A DNA stretch of 61,786 nucleotides, counting the filler, from Sphacelaria rigidula (lineage: Eukaryota), in NCBI GenBank assembly GCA_964200075.2. It is 10 parts of 10 records of this genome, joined end to end, with 100 filler letters (N's around TTAATTAATTAA, not from the genome) between each part and the next. Parts side by side here need not be neighbours in the genome. Positions count along the whole stretch, not along the records: positions 1 to 6,089 come from CAXNAA020022308.1; positions 6,190 to 12,278 come from CAXNAA020022309.1; positions 12,379 to 18,467 come from CAXNAA020022310.1; 7 more parts are not named here. One strand, written 5' to 3'. This document shows, piece by piece, positions 1 through 13,240 of this stretch. The position numbers and the translations under genes were made by a program. Below the pieces are notes generated by a model, which did no database searches, had not been told where the DNA came from, and worked only from the letters and a program-made list of their open reading frames with translations. Numbering within the stretch: position 1 is the stretch's first letter; each line of letters starts with the position of its first letter.

Positions 1-75
1 GTGGAGAAAGTACTGTTTTGGGCTCAAACCTCATTTCATTGGTGAACCTTATTTTATAGAATCCTCTGTTCATTA

Positions 76-263
76 GAGTTGACCTTAGCACACGAGTTTT
101 CGATCGAAATAGTGCGGTGGAAAACAAGAATCATGATCTGATAGGCCGTGATTTCAACCATCTTCAAAATTAACGGCGATGGTTAAAATTACGACTTATC
201 AGATCGGGATATTTGCGTTCCCCGCACAATTTCGATCGAAAACTAAGGTGCCAAGACACGGCC
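76..263. mobile_element. Palindromic MITE, PIF/Harbinger (Tourist)-like
   Basis: Arms are inverted copies (GTTTTCGATCGAAA..TTTCGATCGAAAAC; GATCTGATA..TATCAGATC); ends AAGACACGGCC; flanks TTA/TCA; related to 2534-2844. Confidence 0.6.
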
Positions 264-287
264 TCAACCGGGAGCGAGGGCTTATTA

Positions 288-338
288 TGAATCGGCATCA
301 TTTTCACTTGAAAACGACTGAAAATGATGCCGATTCAC
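288..338. repeat. Short palindrome TGAATCGGCATCATTTTCA...TGAAAATGATGCCGATTCA
   Basis: 19-bp perfect inverted arms; same hairpin near 2672-2722; half-motif recurs near 520-548, 3013-3050, 24283-24320 and 36817-36850. Confidence 0.7.
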
Positions 339-1212
339 AAGCAAACCCTGCGTACAGATCAGCTCCTCACCCCCCAGGTTAGTGAGAGGGGGTCCGGTCC
401 TAAAAAGGTAAATCATGGCTGGACTGTAGGCGAACGGGACGTGATTTTTTCTTCTTGGTTCATTGGCCGTTATTAGACCGCAAGGGGAGTTCGTCTGGAC
501 CATGCATTACGTCTTTCAAGTTAAATTGATGCCGATTCGACAGATGACCTGCTGTCGTTGTCTAACAAGTGTCGATTAAAACGCTTCCACACCAGAAAAA
601 AAAAAGTAGGGTATTTCCAAAGGTCCACCCAACTGTATCTGTTGTGTTTGACGTATGCGACTCATCATAGGCACTGTTCGAAAGCTCGACAAAGCACGGC
701 AACGCTCTGGCTAAAAGCCAATATGGCTAGAACGGCCTTCTCCCTATATACAAGTCGATACCAAGAACGCTGTTTGAATTTTCGGTGGAGCATGACTTTG
801 CGTGACCTGGGTTCCCTCTTCTGAGGTGTGCATCCAAACGATGCCCGCGATGCCGGCACAGGAGTCAAGGCTGTAACCGTCCGTACAGCTACCAAACGCT
901 TCCTCACCGACCATGCCCCATATCTAGGGCGTCCACGCGAGTCGAGTTTAATGATTTTGGCCTGACAGCACCTGAATATCTTCGAAAAAGAAAATACGAG
1001 TCTTTGAATTTTTCCATGACTGAACTGATTAATCGAAATTGAGGAAACCATCTCGAGGTGGTGAGAGACGAGAAACATACAAGCGGATTTATGCGAATAT
1101 GAAATATTCATGTGCGTACAAGGGGGAGGATATTCAAAGTTCTTGTGATTCCATGGGTTCTAGATTTTAAAGCCATCTCGTATCCTCGTGTAAGTGCGCT
1201 TGCGACTAATGC

Positions 1213-1470
1213 TACGGTAGCCCCCCCCCCTCCTCCCCCCCCCAAAAAAAGTGGCTGGTTATCTATCTACACGTAAATCGAAATGAAAACGGCCGAGCTC
1301 AACGAGCAGCTGGAAATTCCCACGCTTCGGATCGTTTTCGCAAATGTCGCCCATATGAGACGCTTCATGCAGCCTGAAACCAAACATCATGCGCCATACG
1401 ACCATTTTCTTCGTGAAAATTTCGGACTAGTTTTTTTTTTTTTTTTGGGGGGGGGAAGAAACTATCGTAG
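1213..1470 (-). mobile_element. Degenerate copy of the Sola-like MITE family
   Basis: Reverse-orientation match to 10702-10949 (CGCTTCATGCAGCC, GCCGAGC.CAACGAG), C-run and G-run ends, CTATCGTAG terminus. Confidence 0.65.
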
Positions 1471-2533
1471 GATAGGTCATGCGTACTTGCTATGCGGTGT
1501 CTGCCGTGTGTCTACATTTCGACATGATTTTGTTAACGATTTCCGTGCGCAACTGAGAGCCCGAATAGTGCAGCACCACTATTTCTGCCGCATCCATCAC
1601 GTTCACCATGGAACGTGTGGGAGGCAGGGCAGAATCTACCGGAGGAAAATAGATCGTGAGGGAGAGACGGACAGAACACCGATGGCGAACTAGCTTCATG
1701 GACAGTAGTTTAGTTGAGTTTTGTGAACATGATGCAACAATCTACGTAAGTATCGTGCACGTAGTGCACACAAGTAGCTTTAAACTGGGGCAGGCACTAA
1801 AAAATCATGCAGCAACGCAACAAGTCGGGGGAGAAACATTCGCTTGTGTGGAACAGAGTACGAGGGCACCGTTCTGTTGTTCCGTGGTGCGGCCGGTGCT
1901 CCGTGCTTGTTGCCATCGCTCTAGTGATGGAAACATGGAGCGTCGCCGCGTGCATGGACCCCGGATCAATGCTACAGCCGTGCTGCAGACATCGGCTGCG
2001 GCTATTTCAGCGTCCTGCTGCCACGCTTTGGGGAGTTACCGTAGAGTGGCGTGTTTCAAGTTCGGAAAGGTCCTCGGCTTTATAAATACAACATTTTGTA
2101 AGTCACGAGGCAGAGGCAGAGGCAGCCACAAGTAGTACTGCTGGTAGGTATACTGTCTGTACTGCAGAGTGTAGGGAACACCCCACCCCGCGTACTACAT
2201 GTATTCTTACTGCATGACACGTGGACGTCTCATGCCAGCCCCTCCGTGCGATCTACGGCAGAGGTGAAACCCGGCAGCACGATCGGACAAATATGACGTC
2301 TAGACGTATGTATATCAAATTGCATTGCCTCGAAGCGCAAGATGTCTGATATCTACCCTTGCCCACATGAAATCGGGTACAACGCCGGACTGTATTTTAT
2401 ATTGAGTTCAAGATAGTCCAAGAACGATCCGAATATCCCGATCAAGATCCGCCTCCCAGTTCGAGTTACTCCGCCGGATTTTCAGCCGCAGAATAGTCCG
2501 AAAGGAGATCTCGCGCAACTACGCTTGGATTGA

Positions 2534-2844
2534 GGGCGTGCCTTCGTATAGTATTCTTCGATCGAAAACGTGGGGCGGGAAAGATATATTCCGATCCGGT
2601 ACGTTGTCATTTCAACATAAGTGAATCGGACATCAACACCCTTTGGGAACCCACTGATGATTCTTGTTTTTGTGAATCCGCATCATTTTGACTTGAAGAT
2701 GGCTGAAAATGATGCCGATTCACAAAAACAGAAATCGTCAATTGGTTCCAACAGGGAAATAATAATAATGGCGACCTATCAGATCGGATCTTTGCCTTTC
2801 CGCCGCACTTTTTGGATCGAAAAATAATTTGTCAAGACACGGCC
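2534..2844. mobile_element. Harbinger/Tourist-like palindromic MITE with a central nested hairpin
   Basis: Termini GGGCGTGCCTT...AAGACACGGCC; 3-bp TSD TGA (2531-2533, 2845-2847); arms homologous to 76-263. Confidence 0.65.
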
Positions 2845-4987
2845 TGACCCCGTGACATGAAATGCACTGTAATACGATACACGAAAATCGCAGGCCGACG
2901 TCACCGTAAGATAGCCAGTTGACATCGGGATTTAAAATACGTGAACGACACGCCAGAACAATGATATTCAACTCTTTCTTCAAATGTTAGGTCGCAACAC
3001 TTCTGGGGGAGTCCATCTGTTGAATAGGCATAAAATTTCACGCGAAAAATGACTTGAAAGACATGGACACCCGCCCTGGTGTTTATTCACAAAGGAGTTG
3101 ACTTCTTTGCGGCTGTTGTTGTTTGCGCCACATATACTACACAATACCATGTGTACATTTACATCACATGCTTCCTTTTACTGTAAGCGACCGGCAGTGG
3201 TGACTAGCAGACAGACGTAGTCCTCGCGCACTCACCAAGGCCATGGCTCACGTACAACAGGCAATGTTAGCAATGGAGGTATCTCCGAAAAACAATACTC
3301 TAGCTGGGCAGTGTATAAATATAATCCCGGTGGTGGGGAACTTATTAACAGCGCTTCATTGAAAGACCTCGATAATGGTAGGATTTCGAAGAAATCTGAG
3401 GTTTGTGTTGGCGGATGACGAATCATGGGATCAGGATCGTGGGATGGCGGATGACGATATAACAGGATGGTAGGGGTCACTGTGAGGAACAAAAGCGCAA
3501 CCCCACCACTCAGTCATTTTCAGTTCCCAAGCCCAAAATCATCCCACGCTCGCCAATGCTGACAAGGGCAACGAGCATTTACGTGTGAAAGACAGTCAAG
3601 CACGGTACGAGTGGTGGTTCTCGAACGTGTCCGAATCATTTCGCCCGCCCGCCGCCCTGTTACTCGAAAGAGAGTGGAACCCGGGTAGAACGGATGCTAA
3701 ATATCTTCCCCTTTTTATTTTTTATCTTCTTCATTTCCTTTTGTGGGGGTGGGGGGGGGAGGGGAGCGCTGACCAGCCCCGAAAAAAAGGGGGCGGATCA
3801 ACAACCAAGAACCGGAAGTCACCGGTTAGCCCGATAGCTAGCGTACCTACTGATGGTCGCGCTGGGCGGTGTTTGTCTGTTTTTTTCTTTTCTTGTTTTT
3901 TGTTCTTGACTAGTTTCGGTTTATTGGGTTGTGCTCTACGATTTTTCCAAGTCTTCGTCACATCTTAAAAAAATCCAAGATTCTCGAGCTCCAGTATAAA
4001 CAACCACTCGATAATTCCGATAACAACAAACAAGACGAGAGGCACAACTTTCAACTTGTGACCGACTTCCGAAAGTGTGGCCGCCGACGGTTTTGATAAA
4101 CTCAAGGTTGAACATTTCCAAGAGAAATCGCTCTCGCGAGAGAGAAGGGATTCCTGTCCTCTATGACACGATTATCTCCACCCTGGTCCGTTTCTGCTGC
4201 TCGCATACATAGCCCTTGTCCCGTGAAAAAGGGATGGGGCGTAGGGGGTGTTATGTTATAAAACACCATCATACAAGAGTATTTATGACAGGGGTGATGT
4301 TGTAGAGCGAATACGCTGGGGTGGAGTAACGGCTCGAGTACGACTTTCCATCAGAATTACGACTTGTGAAATACGAAATTTGACAACGAGTCTGATGACT
4401 GATGTCAGGAAAAGCACCATTCCGCACTTCGGGGCGCCTGGACGTGTGCATACCACCCGCCACGACGTGACCAAACTGGACTGACTTCAAAGGAATCTCA
4501 AGTGCTTTCTGTAAGACTGCTGCACTGACTGTTGTACTGGTGCACTGCCTCTACCGCGCTTCGTAGCTCTGGGAGAAAGCCACTGCAGTACATAATTGTA
4601 TTTGACTGAGATATAACAGGGGGGCCGTTCTTTTGGCCAAGCTAGATACACTCAGTACCAAGCATCGAGAGCCATTTTTGTGCGCCCACGGTAAATAGTA
4701 GGTCTACCCTGGACTTCGCTGATGCTGACACAACTGCCGTAGCGTCCGTAGCGTACATGAACGTCAGACTGAAGCTGAAAGCAATCTCCGCGACCGTAGC
4801 AGACGCTTAGTGAGTGAACCTGTAGTATTTGTCACCTACTGTTGTAATTCAGTGTACTTACTTTACTCTACACGTCCTTGAAGGCCCTCGTACCCTTGAC
4901 AAAACTCCTAACGACCAAAATCTCCCTCACGGCTAACTGCACCATGCCTCCACACCAACACACACCGCCAAACCAAAACGTACTCAC

Positions 4988-5520
4988 CCGTGATACCCTC
5001 CCATTGTAGCCAGAATCACCCTCCGCACAGCCTCATCATATATTTCCTCGGTGTCACTGACAGGGTCAAACAGATGGTCGAAGGTGAACACCCCCCCAGT
5101 ACCCCGATTCCTCTGGTTCGTTACCGCAACCTGCGCTATCGTGTTGTCTTTCCACGACCAAGCAGGCACGCCGCTGTGCCTCTCTTCCCGATCATTAGGC
5201 GGCCGTATACGCACGCAGACTTGCAAGTTGTCACCCCCCACCGCCCCCCTTCCACTACCACCGCCATCATTACCACCAAAAGAAGCTCTCGCTTGGCCGG
5301 CAGCCCGTGTCCGCGGTTGCTGCTGTACCGAGTGCTCTAGTATGGTGCTAGTTCGGCGCGCGGCCGAATTTGAACTGCTAACATTATTACTTCTCGATGT
5401 TTTGGCGGCGACGGCCGCATTTCTGGCGGCCAGGGCTGCGGCAACGGAGGTTGACGGTCGAGCAAGCCCAGTGGTTGAAGCCGAGGAAGAGACAGAACCC
5501 GGCGGGGGTATTCTTGGCAT
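4988..5520 (-). CDS. Kinesin motor protein exon 1 (kinesin-7/CENP-E-like), partial
   Basis: ATG at 5520; Ser/Ala/Gly-rich extension then LQVCVRIRP, WSWKDNTI, FTFDHLFDP, EEIYD, GYHG, ending just before the P-loop at a GTGAGT donor (4987-4982). No P-loop exon seen in the remaining ~5 kb. Subfamily is inferred. Confidence 0.9.
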
Positions 5521-6089
5521 CGTGGTGTGAGCTGGTTGCCGTTGACCGGTCGCGTGTTCTGGGTGTAGCCTATTGTGTGTAATGGGTTTTACAGTATTGT
5601 ACCATAATGTACTGACTGGAGACTACTCAACGGACTCCTCTTGAGGGCACAGATTTCTCCGACCTGCGGTCGAATGTCATCCGATCCGTGCTACTACTTT
5701 CGTTGTTTGTCCATCGTCGTTTACTTCAGACGGCCACGTGTCCATCTATCGATTAAGGCTCGTCCATAATAACTTGATGAATAGGCATCAAATATAAAGT
5801 TGATTTACTACACCTTCGGTCAACTCGAGGGAAGTTTTTTCCCTCTTCTCTGATTGTATGTTTTGTTTTGTTTTGGAGTGTGAGAAGAATTCCTCTGCTT
5901 GATTACATTGTGCAGGGTATTTTTTTTTCGGAGGTCTGATCTGTTGGTTTTGCGGTTTTACCACACCTCCGACCACCTCGGGGGGCGGGGGCGGGGGCTC
6001 GGGGGGGGGGGGGGGGGTCCTCCTTTTTTTTTTCTTTACGGGTTTTTCCTTTTGGTTTGTTTTGGTGTGAGTGTTATAAGAAGTTGCCC

Positions 6090-6189
6090 NNNNNNNNNNN
6101 NNNNNNNNNNNNNNNNNNNNNNNNNNNNNNNNNTTAATTAATTAANNNNNNNNNNNNNNNNNNNNNNNNNNNNNNNNNNNNNNNNNNNN
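6090..6189. other. Artificial contig spacer
   Basis: 44N-TTAATTAATTAA-44N. Confidence 0.99.
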
Positions 6190-6372
6190 CCAAAGGGATG
6201 CGTGGGCGTGGTCGCATGACCCAGCCAAGCAACAAATGAGTACCCCCCCCCCCCCCCCACGTCCCTGCCCATTCCTCTTTTCCAGCCGCCACCGCGCCGC
6301 CCCTGTTCCCGCGCCCACTCCCGCTCCCGTTTCAATGGCCAAAAAACTAAGGCAAGCAACAAATAAGTGCGC
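6190..6372 (+). repeat. Two partial copies of the 65-bp structured mini-element around a poly-C tract
   Basis: AAAGGGATGCGTGG..CAAGCAACAAATGAGTAC (6190-6243) and TCAATGG..ACTAAGGCAAGCAACAAAT (6332-6372). Confidence 0.7.
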
Positions 6373-6945
6373 CCTGGTGCAGCATCTTGCACCTTGCGCA
6401 TAAGCATGACTCTCCGTCGCCTCCCCCCCCCCTTGCCGCCGTTTCTATCGCGATCGCCCCTGACACCACCTCCGCCGACCAAACCGTCTGATCGACTAGC
6501 ACGCCCTCCGTGCCCCCGACCCCGACCCCCCTACGCTGTAAGCAGCGGTATGTCTGGTTCGGCGTTTTGCCCCATCCTGCGATGCAGTAGTCCCGCGTAA
6601 AGCGCCCCGAAAGACTCGTGTTGGTCCACAACAACAAAATCTAATTGTAAGCAATAGGATGGTCTGGTAGAAGGCGCAGAGTCGTATTGTGCAGAACGTA
6701 CCGCCGGAGGATGGGCGCTGCCGCCCGGGTGTTGAGTGTTGACCGAACAAAAGCCCGGTCGGAGCCATTCCGTCCGGTTCCTCGACAACAGGCCCGCCTC
6801 CTCGACGGAGGACGGAGTTACCGCTACCGCTGCGTTTATTTCCAGCCAGAACGGTATGATTCCCGCCACTACACAACAGGCAATTATTCTATAAAATGAG
6901 GTTGTACGATGAAATGAGGGTCAGGCCCGAAACAGTGATTCCCCC

Positions 6946-7172
6946 CCGATCTGGTCAGATATCAGATCGTACCCCCAACACCGGTTGTATCGTAAGCTTT
7001 ACTTGAATTGCTACGACACTCCATCCGCATCCCTCGGCGATGCGGCGAGCGATGAGCTCCCCTTGGCGGATTGCGGACCCCTAATCCGATCTGGTCAGAT
7101 ATCAGATCGTAGCCCTCCTCACCGTGGCGGACTTAGATCCCTCAATCCGATCTGGTCAGATATCAGATCGTA
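6946..7172. repeat. Three identical 26-bp self-complementary repeats CCGATCTGGTCAGATATCAGATCGTA
   Basis: Copies at 6946-6971, 7086-7111, 7147-7172. Confidence 0.9.
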
Positions 7173-7563
7173 GCCCCCCCCCCCCTCCCTTTTGCTGCAT
7201 TGTAGCTCCTCACAGGTTTTGGTATCGTGTTTCTTTATGCTGAGTTCGCCTCATTGGTGACTGCGTTTCTAGTACCGTAGTCACATTTCTTGTCGCTGTC
7301 GCATCTCTGGCCGTGTCCCCTAAGCATCTAGTAGTGTTATTTATTTATGTATTTTTTGTCTTCGAGGTTCCATTACGCGATGAGAGGACTGTAGATTTAG
7401 TCCAGCCTCCTACATGTTTGGAATTTTGATGGCTTTCTCTGGATGTGTTTGTTGTTGTCACTGCTAAACCCCCCGCCGCCAGCCAAGAGAGCTCGCCGCA
7501 CGGGAGTATTCCCTTATATCGTCTTGTTGCACGGGTCCTTGGGTACACCGTGTACTGCTAATG

Positions 7564-7795
7564 ATACCGCCCTTGTTGTAGGCCGTATTGATGCCCGACG
7601 ACTGTTTCAGGTTGAAGTGAGTTACTGTATCTCGACAAATCATGTGGATGTGTTCGCTTGTTCGTTCTACCCCTATCCCGTGGCGCAGCCTGGTCAGCTG
7701 GCGACACGGGTGTGTCCTCTTGTGTCGTTCCGTTGCTCGTGGTCCAGTGTTCCCCCGGGAGTGACCAATCATACCGCCCTTGTTGTAGGCCGTAT
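7564..7795 (+). repeat. 25-bp direct repeat, period 207
   Basis: ATACCGCCCTTGTTGTAGGCCGTAT at 7564-7588 and 7771-7795. Confidence 0.85.
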
Positions 7796-9339
7796 CTCCA
7801 CCGCACGATTGCTTTGAGTTGGGTGTTGCGTCCTGACGAATTAATATGTTTTCATTTGACATCAAGTTTTGCTCATAACACGCGATAGTTGATCCGCCGG
7901 GCTGAACGAAACGTTCTCACCAATGACTCTTGGCTTTTTACCCTGAGTGTCGTCTTGGATAGGCTCGTGCCCACTCCCGCAGGATTTTGAATTTCGCACT
8001 TCGGGCACATCATACCTGAACTTCAACTGCATCCCCGCTTTTATCTCCCTGTTGCTGCGTACGTTCCCCCCCCATCGCATTGTACTTCACGCTGCACGCC
8101 TTTTTCAAGGCAGATTTGATACTTCAAACGCACTGCTACGGAAACGAGCGGGGTGCCACTCTCGCTCTACGCGACGGATGTGTCGGGACGGAGTCGAACA
8201 AAGACTTGGAGCTCACTTGAATCTGCGTCCGACCGGAGCAGTTGCCGCGATGCTATACCGCAACTGCGTTTTCCCTCCCCTCTTCCCGGATTGTCTGGCA
8301 TTCCATCCTTGTTCCGTTGGTAGATGAAGTCTACGCGTGCGTACCATTTAGTGCTTTACTTTGTAGATGGGCTTGCATGTGTGTCGTCTTGTTCGACATA
8401 GGTGCGTGAGTGTCAGGTAGATACAACGTTTTTGTGGATTGAACGTTTGATGCTGTGTCGGATTGCAGCGATGCTCGCCTTTTAGAGGTGTGGGAGAGTG
8501 ATTATATGCTTCTTCACTCCATGCTTTTGTGCGAGTGTAGTATAGAAGAGTCCTTTCTCGTCGAATTTTGAAGTTCCTCGACGCAATTACATTGTGCCGA
8601 GGTGATCATGATTCAACTGCATAAGGACTCGTCTAGGATGGGATAGTGTGATGAAGCTCGGAGGCGTTGCAAGATAGACGCTGTGCGGGTCTGCTCGCAG
8701 ACCCTGGATTCCGTGACGCATTGTCATCACGTTTGCTAGTGCCATTAGTTGTGATTGTTCTGGCCTCGCCACAGGGCATTGACCCATCTCAATCAGTTAC
8801 CGGCTTGCCTTGGTCTCTACCCTGGGCCATCACTACGCTCTGCTCCTATGGCTGCGCCCCGGCTATACTGAGTGAGAGAGGCTTGCAGATATAACATGAC
8901 GCTGTGAAACACGTGAGTTCCTAATCAAGAGTCTGCACATGGATGAACCTCCTATGTGTGGTTGTTCTTGGTGGATAGCTATAGGTCCTACGTTGTGCCC
9001 ACGTGGGAGCTTGGGTTAGCTGGACCCAATGGTATCTCCTGGTACTCGAACTGACAGGCCTCAGCCAGTGCATTAGCTATATCCTCATTATGACATCAAA
9101 GCGTTCAAGCATAGGAATTTCGATTTTAAGCAGGGAAAGATGTACTGCGATACCCCTGAATACTATCATACATGTTTCATTCCGAGCGATGTTCCCCAAA
9201 TACCCCCCCATTTGATGAAATCGCTTGGGAATCCCGAGCCTTTTGGACGAAACAAATGAAGTTTCGATGGTCAGCTGAACCTCACCCGAATGTTGGATCT
9301 CAATAACGATTCCAGGCTGTTGTTATACGTCCTGTACAG

Positions 9340-9968
9340 TCAATGTTTTTGTTCCGAAAAACCTGTTCTGAAATGCTCCGTCGCCAATACCTCACGGAAG
9401 AAATGGAGAAGAAAAAGCAAGAGGAAGGAAGGGATAGTCGCACATACGTCCGGTACATCGTGTCAAAATTGCATCGAAACCAACCAAGATAGAGCCCGGA
9501 GATCGCGTCAATATCTCGAAATTGACTTGTCCTCTTCTACTCTCGGCTCGAAGGTCTTCACAAACTGCTCGTCGGTTCGCACACTACTGCCAGACGCCTT
9601 GGCACGCTGGGGGCCTCGTCTGCGTGCATTCTTCGAGACGGTGCACGTAGTACGACACGTGATGCTGTACACTCGCAGCTTGTGCGGCACCACGCGGCAC
9701 AGCCGCCCGTAACCTAAAAATTAATTTCGACCGTTTTTTTTGCTAATTCCGCCGCATATCGTACCACCCTCGACTCTCTACATCTCGACACTTGGCTACA
9801 GTTTGGTATTTCGTTTGATGAAAGCTCATCGGCTCGCACGGCCCCGTGAATTTGAAGACGCGTGTTGATTTGCCGATCACCACGATTCGTCATAGTAGTC
9901 ACAACTCGTGGTACGTCGTCTGTTAGAACGGGCTGAAGGAAAGTGGGCTTCGTAGGCGGCCCAGCCTG
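9340..9968 (+). mobile_element. Right part of a Tc1/mariner-like non-autonomous element
   Basis: Ends AGGCGGCCCAGCCTG+TA; homologous to the right portion of 14899-15995; left boundary approximate. Confidence 0.7.
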
Positions 9969-10701
9969 TATTAAAAATAATGAGGCAAAACGAGCTTGAA
10001 AATTTCAGCTGCGAAGTCCCCAATATCTGTCGCGCCCTGTACACCTTGACAACATCGGCAGCAGAACTATCAGAATAGCACCGTGAATGAAAACTACGCA
10101 GTCCAGAGTACTGGCAGGCCGACAGGTTGTTGACCTCGGGGGTAGCCCCCCCTTCGCCGGCTAAGAGGGCGGTTGTAGCAGACCCGCGGCGCTTTTGCCT
10201 TTAGCAAGCGCTCAAGGTGTCACACTGGCATAGCATTCTCTGACACTTGGACACTGGACGATTGGCCGCTGGTCAGTGCCGTCGTACATCAGTTTTTGAT
10301 ACGCCCAAGAGGGGAAGACGAGAAAATCCAAGGTATGATGTAAATAGCTCCACACTACCCAGCACGCGACGTCACGTACCCCAACCCGCGAGCCACATAT
10401 GTGGCTTTCTCCTTCAACGCGGTCGCCGAACGTCCCCACCAGACGTGACTCGTAGCCGTAGACGGATTAGGAGTGCCATGGAGCTTTCATCGAAACATTA
10501 AAATACTGACGATACCGGATACGGTACGATATTTCGCATATCTTGGTTCGATACCCGACACCACTTCACACGTCCCAGTTGCAATCACGCACGACACCGT
10601 GTACAAAATATCACCCGTCCTCATGGTCATGTTTCCCGCGCAGATTAGCCCGATTTTCCGGGCTCGTCGTCACAGAAGTACGCTCGTCTCTTCCAATACC
10701 G

Positions 10702-10949
10702 GACACTTTCTACGATAGCCCCCCCCCAAAACCAGCTAAAAATGTCGCGAAACAAATGACCATACAAGGCCTGCTGTTCGGGTTCGGGCTGCATGAAGCG
10801 CCTCATATTGGCGGTATTGGCTACAACGAACCCAAGCGTGGGAATCCCCAGCTTCTCGTTGTGCTCGGCTTTCCCCCTTTCGATTCACGTGAAGATTTCG
10901 CCTCACGAAATCATGCACTTTCGGGGGGGGGGCTATCGTAGAAAGTGTC
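10702..10949 (+). mobile_element. Sola-like MITE, 248 bp
   Basis: TIR GACACTTTCTACGATAGCCCCCCC; 4-bp TSD ACCG (10698-10701, 10950-10953). Confidence 0.85.
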
Positions 10950-12013
10950 ACCGATCCTGCTGTTCCTTGCAAAATGTATGGTTGTCGTCGTTTTTCCCGA
11001 GACTCCAGAAAACAAAAACAAAAACGGACAATGAGACACGAGAAAAGACAGGAACAGAAAAATAGTAGCTTCCCCCCACCGTACCAGGGTAAGGAAAAAA
11101 CAAAACCCTCAGATCCGCCACTAGCGTTTACAGTAGAGAGAGGGAGAAAAAGAAGAGACAAGAGACAAGAGACAAGAGACAAGATACAAGAAGGATCAGA
11201 ATGACCACCAAGCGATGTTCAAGTTAACAACATCATGCACCCGCAGAGAGAGGCAAACGCCGAAGCTACTCTGAAACCGAAACTACTCCAACAAATACGA
11301 GGGCCAATCTTCATTTCATCACCACCCTGAAGAGGTTCCTCAGCAAAAACATTACCATCTCTCCCCTGGACATACTGCCACCATCCACTTCGAACGGGAA
11401 CTGAACCAGTATCACCTAATAATGCACAGCACGCCAAAATCACCGGAGGAAATTTATCCAACAATGTGTACACAATTTTCTTCACTCTTGATTACGTTGT
11501 CGCGGACGAGTAACTGGCGACGACAACAGTGATGTTCGTGTTACCCCGGCACAGGTCAATCGATATAAAAACATGTGGAATCACGGTAATGTACACCCTC
11601 CCGAACCATGCACCCTACGTCCGGAAACTAGCCGCTCTAGAGGCAGCGCGACGGGAGCAGGTATGGTTTGCGACAAATCCGTGATCTTTGCCAACGTTCA
11701 ACTTTCTCATCGAGCTCACGACCAGCGTGCTAGTCAAGCTCACTTCCCCGGCGATTGACGCGGAAGGCGCGTTCCAAAGTATGTCGTAATACATTAGCAG
11801 CCCGAGTCGGATATGCTCGGTGACAATAGATACCATTACATCTCGGACGGGAGATCTCAATGCGCGAGGCCGTGACGAAACACTTCAGGGTGTACAGCAT
11901 AAAGTGTGGCTTCTCATTGATGGTATGGGGGCGTCGCATGCCTGCGGTGAGCTGGCTTGTGACGGCAGTTGAGCCCCTCGGAGATCATTGAGTGACACCC
12001 CTCGATTAAGGGT

Positions 12014-12175
12014 GTAATGAGTGGGAGGACCGTGTGCTGAGGGGATCGCATAATGGTTCCAAACGCCCTAAGATCGACGTTTCTCGGAACTAATCGAGCC
12101 AGTCCCTGCAGGGACCACGCCCCTGACCCTAACCTCAACCCTGACCCTGACCCTGACCCTGACCCCGAACATAAG
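12014..12175 (+). mobile_element. Truncated MITE with CCCTGA/CCCTAA hexamers
   Basis: Matches the left half of 41486-41685; CCCTGA run at 12120-12165. Confidence 0.7.
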
Positions 12176-12180
12176 GCTGT

Positions 12181-12278
12181 TCAAGTCATTGGCGCTGGGG
12201 TCGGTGCCGGCGTTGGCGCCGGGGTCGGTGCCGGCGTTGGCGCAGGGGTCGATGCCGGCATTGGCGCAGGGGTTGGTG
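12181..12278 (-). CDS. C-terminus of a Pro-Thr-Pro-Ala repeat protein, partial
   Basis: Minus frame reads PTPAPMPASTPAPTPAPTPAPTPAPTPAPMT-TGA with mostly third-position variation; cut by contig end. Confidence 0.55.
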
Positions 12279-12378
12279 NNNNNNNNNNNNNNNNNNNNNN
12301 NNNNNNNNNNNNNNNNNNNNNNTTAATTAATTAANNNNNNNNNNNNNNNNNNNNNNNNNNNNNNNNNNNNNNNNNNNN
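12279..12378. other. Artificial contig spacer
   Basis: 44N-TTAATTAATTAA-44N. Confidence 0.99.
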
Positions 12379-13132
12379 CCGTCGGTAGCTGTCCGGAAAC
12401 GCGTCGTTTGGTATTGGCACCCTCGTTGTCATGGAGTAGTCGAGCTTTGAAATTCGATCCAGGGGGTGTGCGATGACTCGCACAATTACGGGTAATCGTG
12501 TGTTTGGTGTTTAGGCTACCGACACATCCATTTGGCGCACGTAACTTGCGGTACTACTCTATCACAGTCTTGGGGTTGCTGCGCAGTGAGTCCGCACCAA
12601 CACCGGACTCAGTCTATGCCATTTCTTTCTGCAAGAGTGGGTCGACGTTCATGTGACCGGTTTCGCGCCTGATCGAGTGTCACGCTTGCATACCACCTCT
12701 CAAGTAAGACATGGTGAAGTCAGTAGAAACGACGAAGCATGAAACAACAACGATATTGGCCTTAAGCTTGATCCCATGTCCATGGCTACTTCCCCCAACA
12801 ACTCGTGCTCAATTCTACCACGGCAGGGGACGAACTGAAGACAGATATTTTACAAAAACTGGTACGACAAATGCTCATTTATGTTCAAGCGCAACGGTCA
12901 TAATCCATTCTGAAATCCGAAATGACATTAGATCAACCCTGTGCTTTCTGACACATGGTGCTATCTACTTCGGATGCGAGTAGGGCATGCTGAAACGTAT
13001 CGTTCGAGACAAGGAATGCGCCAATAGCTTGACAAAATTACTTCGAGACGTATTGCTCCTTTTTCCGTCCCCCCCCATGGCTTTCTCGTTTCCGGCAATT
13101 GTGTATGAGGATCACGCTAGTGCTCGGTGTAC

Positions 13133-13240
13133 GTGTGTCGGTGTTGCCGTCTAATCTGTTCTGGACGCCAGTCTACACTTTCGGTGTATTTGTGCGCATC
13201 AGCCGGAGTCACATAGGAGGAACGTCTGCACAGGAGCTTT
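13133..13240 (-). mobile_element. Probable SINE 3' fragment
   Basis: GTGTTGCCGTCTAATCTGTTCTGGACGCCAGTCTA matches 61750-61786 and 25083-25106. Confidence 0.5.

Noticed and set aside
6134..6145. TTAATTAATTAA as a biological periodic repeat
   Set aside because: Synthetic six-frame stop linker inside N spacers
6946..7172. CRISPR array
   Set aside because: Only three repeats, unequal and mutually similar spacers, no cas genes, eukaryotic context
12053..12334. Plus-strand DP/GAGV-repeat ORF
   Set aside because: Fuses a MITE hexamer tract with the antisense of the PTPA repeat and runs into the N spacer
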